Source: a virus (lineage: Duplodnaviria > Caudoviricetes). From it: a stretch of DNA of 44,177 nucleotides. The notes beneath the pieces are model-generated. The model did not search any database. It was given only the letters and a program-made list of their open reading frames with translations, and was not told where the DNA came from. The stretch is taken from positions 1 through 44,177 of IMG/VR virus record IMGVR_UViG_3300029930_000003; one strand, written 5' to 3'. Each line of letters opens with the position of its first letter. The stretch's first letter is position 1. Shown here piece after piece: positions 1 to 10,300 of the stretch. Made by a program: the position numbers and the translations under genes.

Positions 1-2
1 CG

Positions 3-1169
3 TTTGGGCGTCAAAGGGTCAGTCAGCCCTTTACCCTCTTTGACAGTCAGAACCGCTACGCTGCCGATAATCAGTTTGATGTATCGACGACCGGGACAGG
101 CACGACTTCCTTTCTTTCCAATGAAGCAGCGGTGAAGATGGAGGTTACAGGTGCCGGTGTTGGTTCAGTTAAACGGCAGTCCTATCGGTCATTCCCGTAT
201 CAACCCGGAAAAGGGTTGTTGGTTCTTGCCACCTTTGTGATGGACAGCAGTCAGAGCTTGAATCTGACGCAGCGGGTTGGTTATTACAACGACCAAAATG
301 GAGTGTTCTTCCAACGGGTTGATGGGACGTATTCGTTTGTCCTACGTTCGTATGTAACGGGTTCAGTCAGTGATGCCCGGACAGTGAATCAATCTGCATG
401 GAATGGTGACAAGTTAGATGGCACGGGGGCGTCAGGCTACACCCTTGATCCAACAAAAGCACAGATTCTGTGGATGGACTTTGAGTGGCTGGGTGTTGGT
501 TCGGTGCGCTGTGGATTCATCATCAACGGCGAATATATTGTCTGTCATACATTTACTAACGCCAACGAAATCACCAACGTCTATATGACCACGGCAATCC
601 TGCCGGTTCGGTATGAGATCGTTACTTCATCGGCGCTTGCAGCGTCTATGAAATCTATTTGCTGCTCGGTGGTTTCTGAGGGCGGGTTTGAGCAGACATC
701 GATTGACCATGTGGCGCGGCGCACTACAGTTTTGGGGACAATTGGGACAACCTTTTTGCCTTTGGTGTCCATTAGATTAGCGTCTGGACGCACTGGGGCG
801 GTAGTCATACCAAACCGGGTTCAGGTTTTGCCAACGACCAGCCAAAACTATGAAGTTGCTCTGATTAAGAATCCAACGCTAACTGGGGCAACTTGGGCCT
901 CTACGGTTCCTTCTGATTCCAACGTAGAGTTTGATGTCGCCGCCACGGCAACGACAGGCGGGACGATTGTACAAACAGATTATGTCACCTCGACTGGCAG
1001 CGGTGGCACAAGTGGTACTAGCTTTGCCGCAGCGTACAACTTTGATTTACAACTTGGTGCGTCCATTGCCGGAACAAGTGACATTTATACGGTTGCAATT
1101 CGCACGGTTTCTGGTGCTACGACGGGCGATGCTGTGGGATCGCTATCGTTTTATGATCTAACGCAGTAG
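3..1169 (+). CDS. Virion structural/tail-associated protein, 5'-truncated
   Basis: Frame +3 is open from base 3 (FGRQRVSQPFTLFDSQNRY...) into the listed 345-aa ORF; beta-rich, WNGDKLDG and DFEWLGVGSVRCGF motifs recurrent in aquatic phage structural genes. Confidence 0.65.
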   Translation, partial: FGRQRVSQPFTLFDSQNRYAADNQFDVSTTGTGTTSFLSNEAAVKMEVTGAGVGSVKRQSYRSFPYQPGKGLLVLATFVMDSSQSLNLTQRVGYYNDQNGVFFQRVDGTYSFVLRSYVTGSVSDARTVNQSAWNGDKLDGTGASGYTLDPTKAQILWMDFEWLGVGSVRCGFIINGEYIVCHTFTNANEITNVYMTTAILPVRYEIVTSSALAASMKSICCSVVSEGGFEQTSIDHVARRTTVLGTIGTTFLPLVSIRLASGRTGAVVIPNRVQVLPTTSQNYEVALIKNPTLTGATWASTVPSDSNVEFDVAATATTGGTIVQTDYVTSTGSGGTSGTSFAAAYNFDLQLGASIAGTSDIYTVAIRTVSGATTGDAVGSLSFYDLTQ

Positions 1170-1269
1170 GTGACCGTGGTGAACACATATCTTGCCAAAA
1201 CTAGCCCTGTGCATCCAGTTAGCCCCGCGATCATTTTGACCGCTTCGTTTGTTTCTTCGGTGGCGTAAT

Positions 1270-1668
1270 ATGAAAGAAATGACTACCCAAGAAATTATCC
1301 GTGAATCGGACGAAATTAAAGAAGGTAATGTGGATTGGAAAAAAGCCTATGCCACGGTATACATGACTGTTCAGCAAAACACACATCGTGTACTGCGTCA
1401 TGGTAACACTCTTGCTTGGTTGAAGTTGCTGCCCAATGATTCAGCGCAAATGTTTATATTCAATGCTGATACTCCAAAAAACTTTCTCAGAAACATGAAA
1501 GAGTTTGCCAAAGCAATAGATAAAGCAGGATTTAAATCATACTTTGGAGAAACTCATAATCCACAAATTCTTGAAATGTTGCGGCGGTTAGGTTATCGCG
1601 TAGATATTGAAAAAGTTAGAACCGACAAACAAGGTCGTGCCATTTATCGTGGGGTGGTAAATGTGTGA
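1270..1668 (+). CDS. Hypothetical protein, possible GNAT-like virion assembly factor (T7 gp13 position)
   Basis: ATG at 1270 in frame with the listed ORF; C-terminal 'NPQILEMLRRLGY' resembles the GNAT motif B; lies just before the ejection-like genes. Confidence 0.45.
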   Translation: MKEMTTQEIIRESDEIKEGNVDWKKAYATVYMTVQQNTHRVLRHGNTLAWLKLLPNDSAQMFIFNADTPKNFLRNMKEFAKAIDKAGFKSYFGETHNPQILEMLRRLGYRVDIEKVRTDKQGRAIYRGVVNV

Positions 1669-3793
1669 TCCTTTAGGTTTTGTCACTGATTTTTTATCAG
1701 ATGTTGGCGACGCTGTTTCTAATTTTGTTGAACGTATTTTAGATGATCCGTTGCCAGTTATAGCAACTGTTGCCCTCAACGCAGTAGGTGTTCCGGCTTA
1801 TATTAGCTCCCCTGCAATCACGGCAATTCGTGGTGGCAGTATGGAGGACATGGCGCTAAATATGGCTGCTGGGTATGTAGGTGGAAACCTTTCTGCAGGG
1901 TTTGCTTCAGAAGTTTTTGGTGATCTGCCGATTGAGATTGCCCCAGAAATGGCGTCTACAGCTAGCCGAGAGTTATTTCAAACAGTTCTTACAAATGCTT
2001 CACCCGGTGCGTTAGTTGCCGCCGCTAGAGGTGCAAGTTTTGAAAATATTCTCGAGGGTGCTGTTTCAAACGCGGTTTCCGGGCTTGTTGGTCAACAGAT
2101 TCAAACTGAACTTGGTCTTGATCCTTCGCAAATTAGCGATAAGATTCTTGGCAATACAATTAACTCTGCGACTAGATCAATCCTAAATGGACAAGATCCT
2201 TCGTCGGCAATTGGCGCTTCATTAGCTAATAGTGCGTTGGGTACGGCTGTTAATACAGCCACTGGAGAATTGCGTAGCACTCTGCGGAATATTGAGACCA
2301 CTGGTAATCAATATCAAGAACAAATTGAATCAGCTAATAATTTTCTTGAAGAAGTATTAGAACCACAAAGAAATTGGTTGGTTGAAAACCAAGACGAAGT
2401 ACAAAATTTAATTGCCAATTTTGAAAGTAAAAAAGCATCTTTACTTGACGCAAAAGATATTTATGACTTAGCAGTAGCTGCAAATAACGAACGCCCCAGA
2501 TATTTCCACGAGTTTTTCAATCCTAATTCACCAACATACAAACTTGCAACTAAATTAGGCTATAAAGAAGTTTTTGAAGAAGTGTCAGGCGAGTTTGGCA
2601 CTGAACTTATTCACACATACAGAAAAGGTGAGCCAAGAGTAGTAGAATATGACGCTTATGAGCCAGACGGTGGTTATTGGTATCGCGGCAGTTATCTTGA
2701 TTATTCAACAGTTCAAAACTTTTCTCCGGGGTCTAATCAAGCATTAATGATTGCCCGCAAACAAGCGGATTTTATCAATACAAATGCACCGTCTTTAGAA
2801 GAACAATATAAAGCAATTGCCCCAGAAATTGAGCAATATAATCAGACCAATCAAGAATTTCAAAAGAATTTAGCCAAACATCAAGGGTTAGTCGCATCGG
2901 CTGATCAATATAAAGCAACGCTTGATTCTTTATTAAGCACAAGGGACCAACAAGCCTCTAATGTTAACGATCTGGTCAATCAAGTATTTAGTACTGGTTT
3001 AATACTTGGCAAGGATGTGGCCGAAGATATTTCTGGTAAAACTATTTCGCTTTTAGACGAGGCGACGGTTAGTCCTGAAGAAGCCATGCGGGCGTTTGAG
3101 TCGGCAGGGTATACCCCAACGCAAGAGGAATTGGCAAGATTTCTTGGAGAACGCCCCGAAGCAGCGGCGTTTCAAGATATTCAAGACTATGTTGAGGCAG
3201 AGAATGCCCGCCAGCTAGCGGCTGACCAAACGCGTATAGCGGACGAAGAGCGTCAGTTATACGAAAACGAGCAGGCAAGGTTGCTCAGAGAAGAGCAGGA
3301 CAGGATCGCCGCCGAGGAGCAGCAGCTCATTGAGAATGAAAGTGCCCGACAGGAAGCGGACACTATAGGTCAAATAGCGCAGGAAGAGCGGGACCTGATT
3401 GAGAGCGACCGTGTGCGACAGGAGCTAGACTACGGAGAGCAAGCTGGTCAAGATTTGGCGGGGGCGCAAGATAATTTTATTGGGTCCGGTGTCAATCTTG
3501 TCGGTGGAACGGGTGGAACGGGTGGAACGGGTGGAGCTAAACCTACAGGCGGGGCGCCAACCGGAACTCAAGGTGGCACGGCACCGGGTTCTGCGGTACA
3601 GTCTCAACAGCTTGATCCGTTGTCATTTTTAGGCTTATTGGGACTCATGGGCGGTCAACAACAGCGACCTCCGCCGCCGCAGTATCAAGTAGCCAAAGAA
3701 GTGCCTGTTGTGCCGTTTGAACAGATGTTTACCCCATACAGTGCGCAACGTTCTACGACTAACGAAGACCTATTGAAGTTCCTCAGAGGCTAA
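1661..3793 (+). CDS. Putative internal virion/ejection protein
   Basis: MCDP N-terminus, Gly/Ala-rich hydrophobic N-terminal region, coiled-coil middle, Gly-rich tail; position in the cluster. Confidence 0.6.
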   Translation: MCDPLGFVTDFLSDVGDAVSNFVERILDDPLPVIATVALNAVGVPAYISSPAITAIRGGSMEDMALNMAAGYVGGNLSAGFASEVFGDLPIEIAPEMASTASRELFQTVLTNASPGALVAAARGASFENILEGAVSNAVSGLVGQQIQTELGLDPSQISDKILGNTINSATRSILNGQDPSSAIGASLANSALGTAVNTATGELRSTLRNIETTGNQYQEQIESANNFLEEVLEPQRNWLVENQDEVQNLIANFESKKASLLDAKDIYDLAVAANNERPRYFHEFFNPNSPTYKLATKLGYKEVFEEVSGEFGTELIHTYRKGEPRVVEYDAYEPDGGYWYRGSYLDYSTVQNFSPGSNQALMIARKQADFINTNAPSLEEQYKAIAPEIEQYNQTNQEFQKNLAKHQGLVASADQYKATLDSLLSTRDQQASNVNDLVNQVFSTGLILGKDVAEDISGKTISLLDEATVSPEEAMRAFESAGYTPTQEELARFLGERPEAAAFQDIQDYVEAENARQLAADQTRIADEERQLYENEQARLLREEQDRIAAEEQQLIENESARQEADTIGQIAQEERDLIESDRVRQELDYGEQAGQDLAGAQDNFIGSGVNLVGGTGGTGGTGGAKPTGGAPTGTQGGTAPGSAVQSQQLDPLSFLGLLGLMGGQQQRPPPPQYQVAKEVPVVPFEQMFTPYSAQRSTTNEDLLKFLRG
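3503..3535 (+). repeat. 9-bp tandem repeat GGTGGAACG x3.7 (encodes GGT repeats)
   Basis: Direct reading of the sequence. Confidence 0.9.
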
Positions 3794-3794
3794 C

Positions 3795-4586
3795 ATGGAC
3801 GAAGATGCTGGTTACACCTATGGTCAAAATTTGATAACTAGTTATCAAAATTACGATCCATTTGGCGGAGACATGCCTGCGCGGGAAGAAATTACGTTAG
3901 GCGATCCAACTGCGGCGATTGGCGGAATGGGTCCCCCGATAGTTGGAGGACCGGGCAGTAGTTATGAAACTGGGGAAGGACTCCCCGGCGAAGAAGCGGC
4001 AGCAGGCAGTCAGGGTGGTTCTGGTGGAACCGGCAATATTCTTCCATCTGGAATATCAAATGCTCTCAAAAAACTGTTTGTTGATGAAGCGGGAAAGATC
4101 AATACGGGCAGTCTGTTGGGTATTGGAGCATTGTTAAGCATGCTTAATCGCGGATCTGGGACGCCTGCTCCGTCTGGATATCAAGGAACGGTACCGCGGT
4201 TTACTGCTGTACGGCAGCGAGTGCCAATACCGGTAGACGAGACTAGACGGCCAGGTTCTGGTGGTCGTAGATATTTTTCTGACACGACTTTTGTTCCCAA
4301 AGCCGCAACGGGTGGGCTTATGGAGCTTGCACAAGGTCGATATCTTGGCGGTCCTACAGACGGTATGGCTGATAAACTTCCTGCTAACATCGACGGCAAA
4401 CAAGAGGCGCGGCTTAGCCACGGAGAATTTGTGATCCCTGCCGATGTTGTCAGTCATTTGGGGAACGGTAACTCTGATGCAGGCGCTCAACGCTTGTACG
4501 ACATGATGGACCGCATTCGCAAAGCCCGTACCGGAACATCTAAACAGGGCAAACAGATCAGCCCTGAAAAATACATGCCTAAGTGA
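3795..4586 (+). CDS. Putative internal virion protein
   Basis: C-terminal GPTDGMADKLPA...ARLSHGEFVIPADVVS motif (GPG..SD.IPA.LS.GEFV type seen in virion-injected and tape-measure-like proteins). Confidence 0.6.
   Translation: MDEDAGYTYGQNLITSYQNYDPFGGDMPAREEITLGDPTAAIGGMGPPIVGGPGSSYETGEGLPGEEAAAGSQGGSGGTGNILPSGISNALKKLFVDEAGKINTGSLLGIGALLSMLNRGSGTPAPSGYQGTVPRFTAVRQRVPIPVDETRRPGSGGRRYFSDTTFVPKAATGGLMELAQGRYLGGPTDGMADKLPANIDGKQEARLSHGEFVIPADVVSHLGNGNSDAGAQRLYDMMDRIRKARTGTSKQGKQISPEKYMPK
3830..3849. promoter_or_regulatory. 20-bp perfect palindrome TTTGATAACTAGTTATCAAA, copy 1 (intragenic)
   Basis: Identical copies at 25023-25042 and 36270-36289. Confidence 0.75.
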
Positions 4587-4593
4587 GGTCATC

Positions 4594-5427
4594 ATGGCTA
4601 CCGCAGCAACTACCGGAAGCAATATAGCCACTAACGTTGGTCAACAAACCAGTACCGAATCGTCCCTGTCCAACTGGGCGGGACCTTATGTTACTGAGAT
4701 GTTGGGTAAGGCGAGAGCGTTATCAGAAGCGCCTTATCAAGAAATACAAGGCCCGTTAACTGCTGGTGAATCGACCTTACAAAAGCAAGCATTCTCAGGT
4801 ATTGGCGGACTTACTATTCCAACTGAGCAAATGCAAGCTTATACGCCGCAAACGTTTACTAGTCAGGCGGCGCAGCAATACATGAATCCGTATCTGCAAG
4901 CCGCATTGGATCCGCAGATTGCAGAAGCGCGTAGACAGGCCGGGATTGAGCGTACCAAATTGATGGGTGGTTTGACGGGTCAAGGCGGTTTGGGTGGTGG
5001 ACGCCAAGCCATCATGGAGTCAGAACTCAACCGTGCGTTGTTGTCAAATCTTGCAGGTATTACCGGTAAGGGATACCAAACTGCGTATGACAAAGCGATG
5101 GAGCAGTTTAATATTGAACAGAATAGACAACAATTAGCTACTAAACAAGCCCAAGATTATGGTTTGAGCACCATACAAAAAATGGCTGATTTAGGTGCTA
5201 CTCAACGTGGCATTGAACAAGCTGGTATTACAGCTGACATTGAACAACAAAAAGAAGAAAGGGATTACCCTTACAAGGCTTTAGAGTTTCAACGTCAGTT
5301 TTTGGCTAATTTGCCTTTGTCAACGTCAAGTTATGGTTATTCTCAACCCGATACTCTTAGCACCATATTGGGTGGTACGGGTGGAATTTTACAATTGCTC
5401 AGAGATATTGGCGTAGTTCCCAAATAA
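4594..5427 (+). CDS. Putative DNA-ejection/pilot protein
   Basis: Gln/Gly/Ala-rich, 'QYMNPYLQ' and 'GGLGGGRQA' motifs typical of podophage DNA transfer proteins; GAGG RBS. Confidence 0.6.
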   Translation: MATAATTGSNIATNVGQQTSTESSLSNWAGPYVTEMLGKARALSEAPYQEIQGPLTAGESTLQKQAFSGIGGLTIPTEQMQAYTPQTFTSQAAQQYMNPYLQAALDPQIAEARRQAGIERTKLMGGLTGQGGLGGGRQAIMESELNRALLSNLAGITGKGYQTAYDKAMEQFNIEQNRQQLATKQAQDYGLSTIQKMADLGATQRGIEQAGITADIEQQKEERDYPYKALEFQRQFLANLPLSTSSYGYSQPDTLSTILGGTGGILQLLRDIGVVPK

Positions 5428-5434
5428 GGTAGGC

Positions 5435-7363
5435 ATGACCATGATGAACATGGAACTTTCGCGGTTAATGAATGCATACCGCGGTCAAGAAGACAAGCTG
5501 CGTCAACGCGTTCAATTAAGCAATGATTTGTTAGAGCTTATTGCTTATGAGCAACTAACACGCGAAAAACGTAAGCTTATGGCTGAGAAACAGGCGCAAG
5601 CCATGCCCCCCGGTGGGTTGCCTACGCTTAGAGATCAAAAAGAAAAAGAAGCTTTTGATCTGACTAAGCAAGAATTAGCCAGTCAAATCGGAGAAACTAT
5701 TCAACAACAGGATGCTCAACGTCGTCAAGCAATGATGCGTTCTGGTTTGCCGGCCGCGCCGGGTGCGCAAAATGTCATGCCAGAACAAGCGATGGCTGCT
5801 GGTGGGATTGTAGCGTTTCAAACTGGAGATGTCGTATCTAGCCCTCAAACTATTGCTGAACAAATTGCAGATTTGTATAGACAGGGGAAGGGTTTTGGCG
5901 ATATCGAAAAACAAATTGTTGGTCCTGAACCGTCTGGATCCCCAAGAACATCTTCTGGTGCTATTACTCCTGAATATAGAGATTACGATCGGCGGTTGCG
6001 CGAATATCGTGCAGCGATGCCTGAGGCTCAAAAACTGTTACGGGAACAACCCCGGACTAGTAGAGCTGCACCTGTAGCTCCGGAAGCTGCCAAACCACAA
6101 GTGGTTGGCGCGGCATTGGGACCAGAACCTTCTGCCACACAAGCTATTGCTGCAGCGGGTACGCGAGCGGGCGGAGCCGAGGTATTAACGCCGGACATGA
6201 TGCTTCCTCCCAAGCCTGAAGCAGCACCTCAGGTCGATAGGTCACCCATTCAAACTAATGTTGATCCCAGAGAAGTGCAAGCCGGAATAGGTGCTTTACA
6301 AGCTGGTCAACCATCGGCAACTAACTTGTTACTTGGCGATATGTTGCGCAATCGTATTGCGGGATCATTGGGTGAGGCTGATCAAGCTGCGCCAACGCCG
6401 GCTGGATTGGCAGAACTGGCTAAATTGCGAGCCGACATTCAGCGATATGGCACAGAGTTCCCAACAATTTCTCCTGAAATCAGAGCCGCTCGAGAGAGGG
6501 ATTTGGCTAAGATAGAAGAGGCGTACGCCAGAGCAAGTGATCCTGAAAAACAAAGGTTGGATCGCCTACAAGCGGGATTGTTGGGCGCAGCTGGTCGGCG
6601 TGGATTAGGTAGTGTATTGGGTGGATATGGTCAGGCTGCGATGCAAGCGGGTGCCGCTCAAGAAGCTGCCGGACTGCAAGCTCTGAAAGAAATTCAAACT
6701 GGTCGTGAAGCGCTACGACTGCAAGATATTGAACAGCAAAGACAGGCTTACCAAGCCAAGGGTAAAGGGCTTGAGCTGGGCAGTAAGATTGCCGAAGTGG
6801 AAAGTAAGATTCAATCTGAAATTGGTATTGCCAATCAAAGAATTCGTACTGAACTAGCCAATACTTTAGTTCGATCTGCAGTGCAACATTCTGGCGATGT
6901 TGACAAGATCCGGGCTGATTTGGCGCAGCAAGCCGTTAAACTGCAGCTCAATTTGAGTGATAAGGCGTTGGATCGGATGACGCAAATCGCTGTTGCAGAA
7001 ATTGGGGCGGGTGCTCGAGGTGCAGTTGGACAATCCAAAGAACTTAGTGATTTGACACTACGATTTACTCAAGAGCAAAGTAAGATTCTGAAAGAAAAGA
7101 ACGACGAGCTAAAGGACAACATTATGTTGTCAGCTGCTATGCGCGTTCCTCCAGAAAAACGTACGCCTGCTCAAAAACAACAAATTGAAGCATTTGAAAA
7201 AAAATATGAGGCTCAATTCACGCGGGTGCTTGGTTCTATCTTACCAAGACTCAATGAATTGCGATCTCAACAAGGGTTGGAGCCGTTTTCCGCCTCTTCT
7301 GCTCCTTCGTCTGCAGCCGATGCTGGTGTTAGAGTAACAGGTGCCGCTGCTCCACGTCAGTAA
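5435..7363 (+). CDS. Putative internal virion/ejection protein
   Basis: 642 aa Ala/Gln-rich helical protein with MAAGGIVAF motif; between ejection-like genes. Confidence 0.55.
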   Translation: MTMMNMELSRLMNAYRGQEDKLRQRVQLSNDLLELIAYEQLTREKRKLMAEKQAQAMPPGGLPTLRDQKEKEAFDLTKQELASQIGETIQQQDAQRRQAMMRSGLPAAPGAQNVMPEQAMAAGGIVAFQTGDVVSSPQTIAEQIADLYRQGKGFGDIEKQIVGPEPSGSPRTSSGAITPEYRDYDRRLREYRAAMPEAQKLLREQPRTSRAAPVAPEAAKPQVVGAALGPEPSATQAIAAAGTRAGGAEVLTPDMMLPPKPEAAPQVDRSPIQTNVDPREVQAGIGALQAGQPSATNLLLGDMLRNRIAGSLGEADQAAPTPAGLAELAKLRADIQRYGTEFPTISPEIRAARERDLAKIEEAYARASDPEKQRLDRLQAGLLGAAGRRGLGSVLGGYGQAAMQAGAAQEAAGLQALKEIQTGREALRLQDIEQQRQAYQAKGKGLELGSKIAEVESKIQSEIGIANQRIRTELANTLVRSAVQHSGDVDKIRADLAQQAVKLQLNLSDKALDRMTQIAVAEIGAGARGAVGQSKELSDLTLRFTQEQSKILKEKNDELKDNIMLSAAMRVPPEKRTPAQKQQIEAFEKKYEAQFTRVLGSILPRLNELRSQQGLEPFSASSAPSSAADAGVRVTGAAAPRQ

Positions 7364-7376
7364 ACTTTAAGGTGCT

Positions 7377-10300
7377 GTGATGCCGCAATATCAGGTAAAA
7401 GGTCCTGACGGATACACCTATACCATTGAGGCCCCAGAGGGCACTTCTCAAGCCGTACTTCAACAAGCCATTCAAGAGCAAGGCGAAGCAGCTCGGCGTC
7501 AAGCTAGGCAACGTACATATGGTGAAGCGTTAGGCACTGATACAGCGGCGGCGCTGACGCGTGGATTGGGAGCGATTACCCAGTTTCCGGCTCAATTGTA
7601 TGCTTTAGGCACCGGAGATACAGAGACAGGTCTGTATCAACTGGGTGAAAAAATCAAGAAGTACGGAGAAGGTTTAAAGTCTCCCGGCCTGGTAGCGCGG
7701 GAGTATGAACGCGCTCGCCGTATTGAAGAAGCGGAAAAATCAGGCGGACAACTTCCTGCCTTTGGCGTGGCGTTTGGTGAAACGATTACTGATCCTGCGC
7801 TGTTCAGTTCGTTTATTACTGAGCAACTTCCTCAACTGTTGGGCCCGTTGGGAGCGGCCAAGATTGGTCGTGTTGCAGGAGCGGCTAGAGCAGCATTTGC
7901 TAACGCTAGCTTAGAGGAAGGGGCTAAACAGGCAGCTAGATATGGAACAGCTGCAGCTATTGGTACCGGTGCGCTGCAACAAGGCGCCGATGTTGGTGCT
8001 GAAGCTTTTGAGAACATGTACAAAGAGTTGGTCAGTCAAGGGATTGACCCTGATGTGGCCAAACAAACAGCTTTGGATCGTGCTCGTGGAGTCGGTGCGT
8101 CTGCGCTAGTAATCTCTACTTTGGCCCAGAAGTTGCCGGGTGCCAAGACGATTGAACAGGCGATGGCTCGAGTGCCATTAGCTCGTGAAGCCGCAAAAAC
8201 CATTCAAACTGATGCGGGTCGTAGGACCATCAGTCGCGCTGGTGAAACCAGACTGGGTTCTGGTATCAAAGGGTTGTTGGGTGAATCTGCTAGTGAGATG
8301 TTGGAAGAGGTGGGCGGTAAGCTTGCTGCCAACATTGCGATGCAGACCATTAAACCTGAGCAGTCCCTGACGGCTGGATTGGGCGCTACGGCAGCGTTGG
8401 CGGCTATTGGCGGCGGTACGTTGGGTGGAGTATTGGGTTTGTTGCGCGGCCCAGAGCCTGAACAAGCGGCTGCAGCTCCTGTTATACAACCTCCTGCTGC
8501 ACAACCCCCGTCGCCAAAACCGACAACAGCACAACTACCGTCCGTTCCTCCGGTTGCACCTCCCTCAGTCCCGTCAGAATCGGCTAAACCGCTTACTCCG
8601 ATTGAACAGGCGAAGACGGATTTGCAGACGGTACAGCAGCAAAGGACGGCAATTGGGGCAGCGTTTGATCAAGCAACTGAACAACAAGCGGCTTTGGCAG
8701 CTACACCCAATGTGCCGCCAGATCAATTAAGTGCTGCGGCTCAGCAAGTCGCTCAGTTACAAGCGCAATATCAAAGTTTGTTGGATCAAGAAACATCGAT
8801 TCAAGAAACGCTGCAGAAGTTGATTACAGAGAGCCGTAAGACGCCGCCTACCGCTCCTCCAACGGTGACGCCGACTGCGGCTGCACCGACTGGCGCCCCG
8901 CCTCCGCCCACTACGACGCCAGCTACTACGCCCGTTACTCCGCCTACGGTTACACCGCCTACGGCTGAAATTTTGTCGTTCACCCCAAGTGGTGAAAACA
9001 CAGAGATCAGGCTATTTAAGAATAAGTCTGGCATGTTTGGTGTCGGAGTATTTGACAAGGACACACAACAGTATTTGCCTGAGATGACGCTTTGGCCTAA
9101 TGAAAAACAGGCTAGAGAACAGTATGACTCGCAAGTGAGCAAATTGCCGCGGGCGCCGTCTGCTGGGGAAACGGTAACTCCGCCACCGCAAGCGCCGGCA
9201 GGCGTGACTGATCCTGCACTTCAGTCAAGGTTAGATGCCGTAGTCAAGGCGTATCGTGACGCCGGCATGAATGACATGGCTGACAATCTATCAAGCCGAC
9301 AAACCAAAAAGCCTTATAACGAAACTGAAATTGCGTTTCTTGAGGAATCGTCTCGCACCAATATCGCTAAACAAAGATTGATTGAAGGTGCTGCTGCTGG
9401 GACTAATACTCCGGTAGAACCCAAGCTACGCACCAAGGAAAACTTGTATGACACTCCATATGAGTTTGAATCAGTACAAGAAGTTCCAAATGACGTTACT
9501 AATTTGGTCTTGAATAAACTTAATGACATTTCAAGACAAGTCGCGCAACAAGGCATTCAGATTTCAGATATTGATAATCGATTCCCCAAACCTATTCTGG
9601 AGTTTAAAAGCCAGTTTAGTCAATTAAGCGGTCAATTTCTTCGTTATGCCAATCAATTGAAAGGCATGAAACGCGGCTATAAAAGATCAGAACTTACCAA
9701 GTTTGAGCAAGCTGAACGTGAACTTGGACAAATGCTAGGCGTTGATCTTAAGCCCTATCGTCCTGAGTTCAAAGCTGAACCAACGATACAGCCAACGGAA
9801 CCAAAAGCTCCGGTCTCTGAACCATCTACAGAAACTAAATCAGCAGATAAACTGTTTGACGACATCTTAGATGAGGAAATGCCGGATCAGAAAGAAGAAA
9901 CTGCCTCTAAGTTGTTTGATGCAATTCTTGAAGAAGAGATGCCTGAAAAGGCATCGCCAGCAGGGGAAGCGCCAGCCGCTCCGCGAACAGCAAAAGAGGC
10001 GGCTGCTAGTGCTGCCAAGAATGCTGCAGAAGGATTTGATCAAGCTATCGACGGTCTTGTTGAACTTTTTGGCGGCAAACAAAAAGGTCGTTTAAGTTCT
10101 GGCATTGGGTTTGATGAGGAAACATACGCTAAAGCCAAGCCATTATTTCAAAAAGCGGTAGCTAGCTTAGGTCGTGCAGTCAAAGATATTGCCGAAGCAA
10201 TCCGTATCATCATTCAAGAATTGGCTAAACGGCTTAACAAAGCACAGATTGCCAATCTCAAACCTTATGTTGTTCGTTTTGTAGAAGACGAAGTTAAAAG

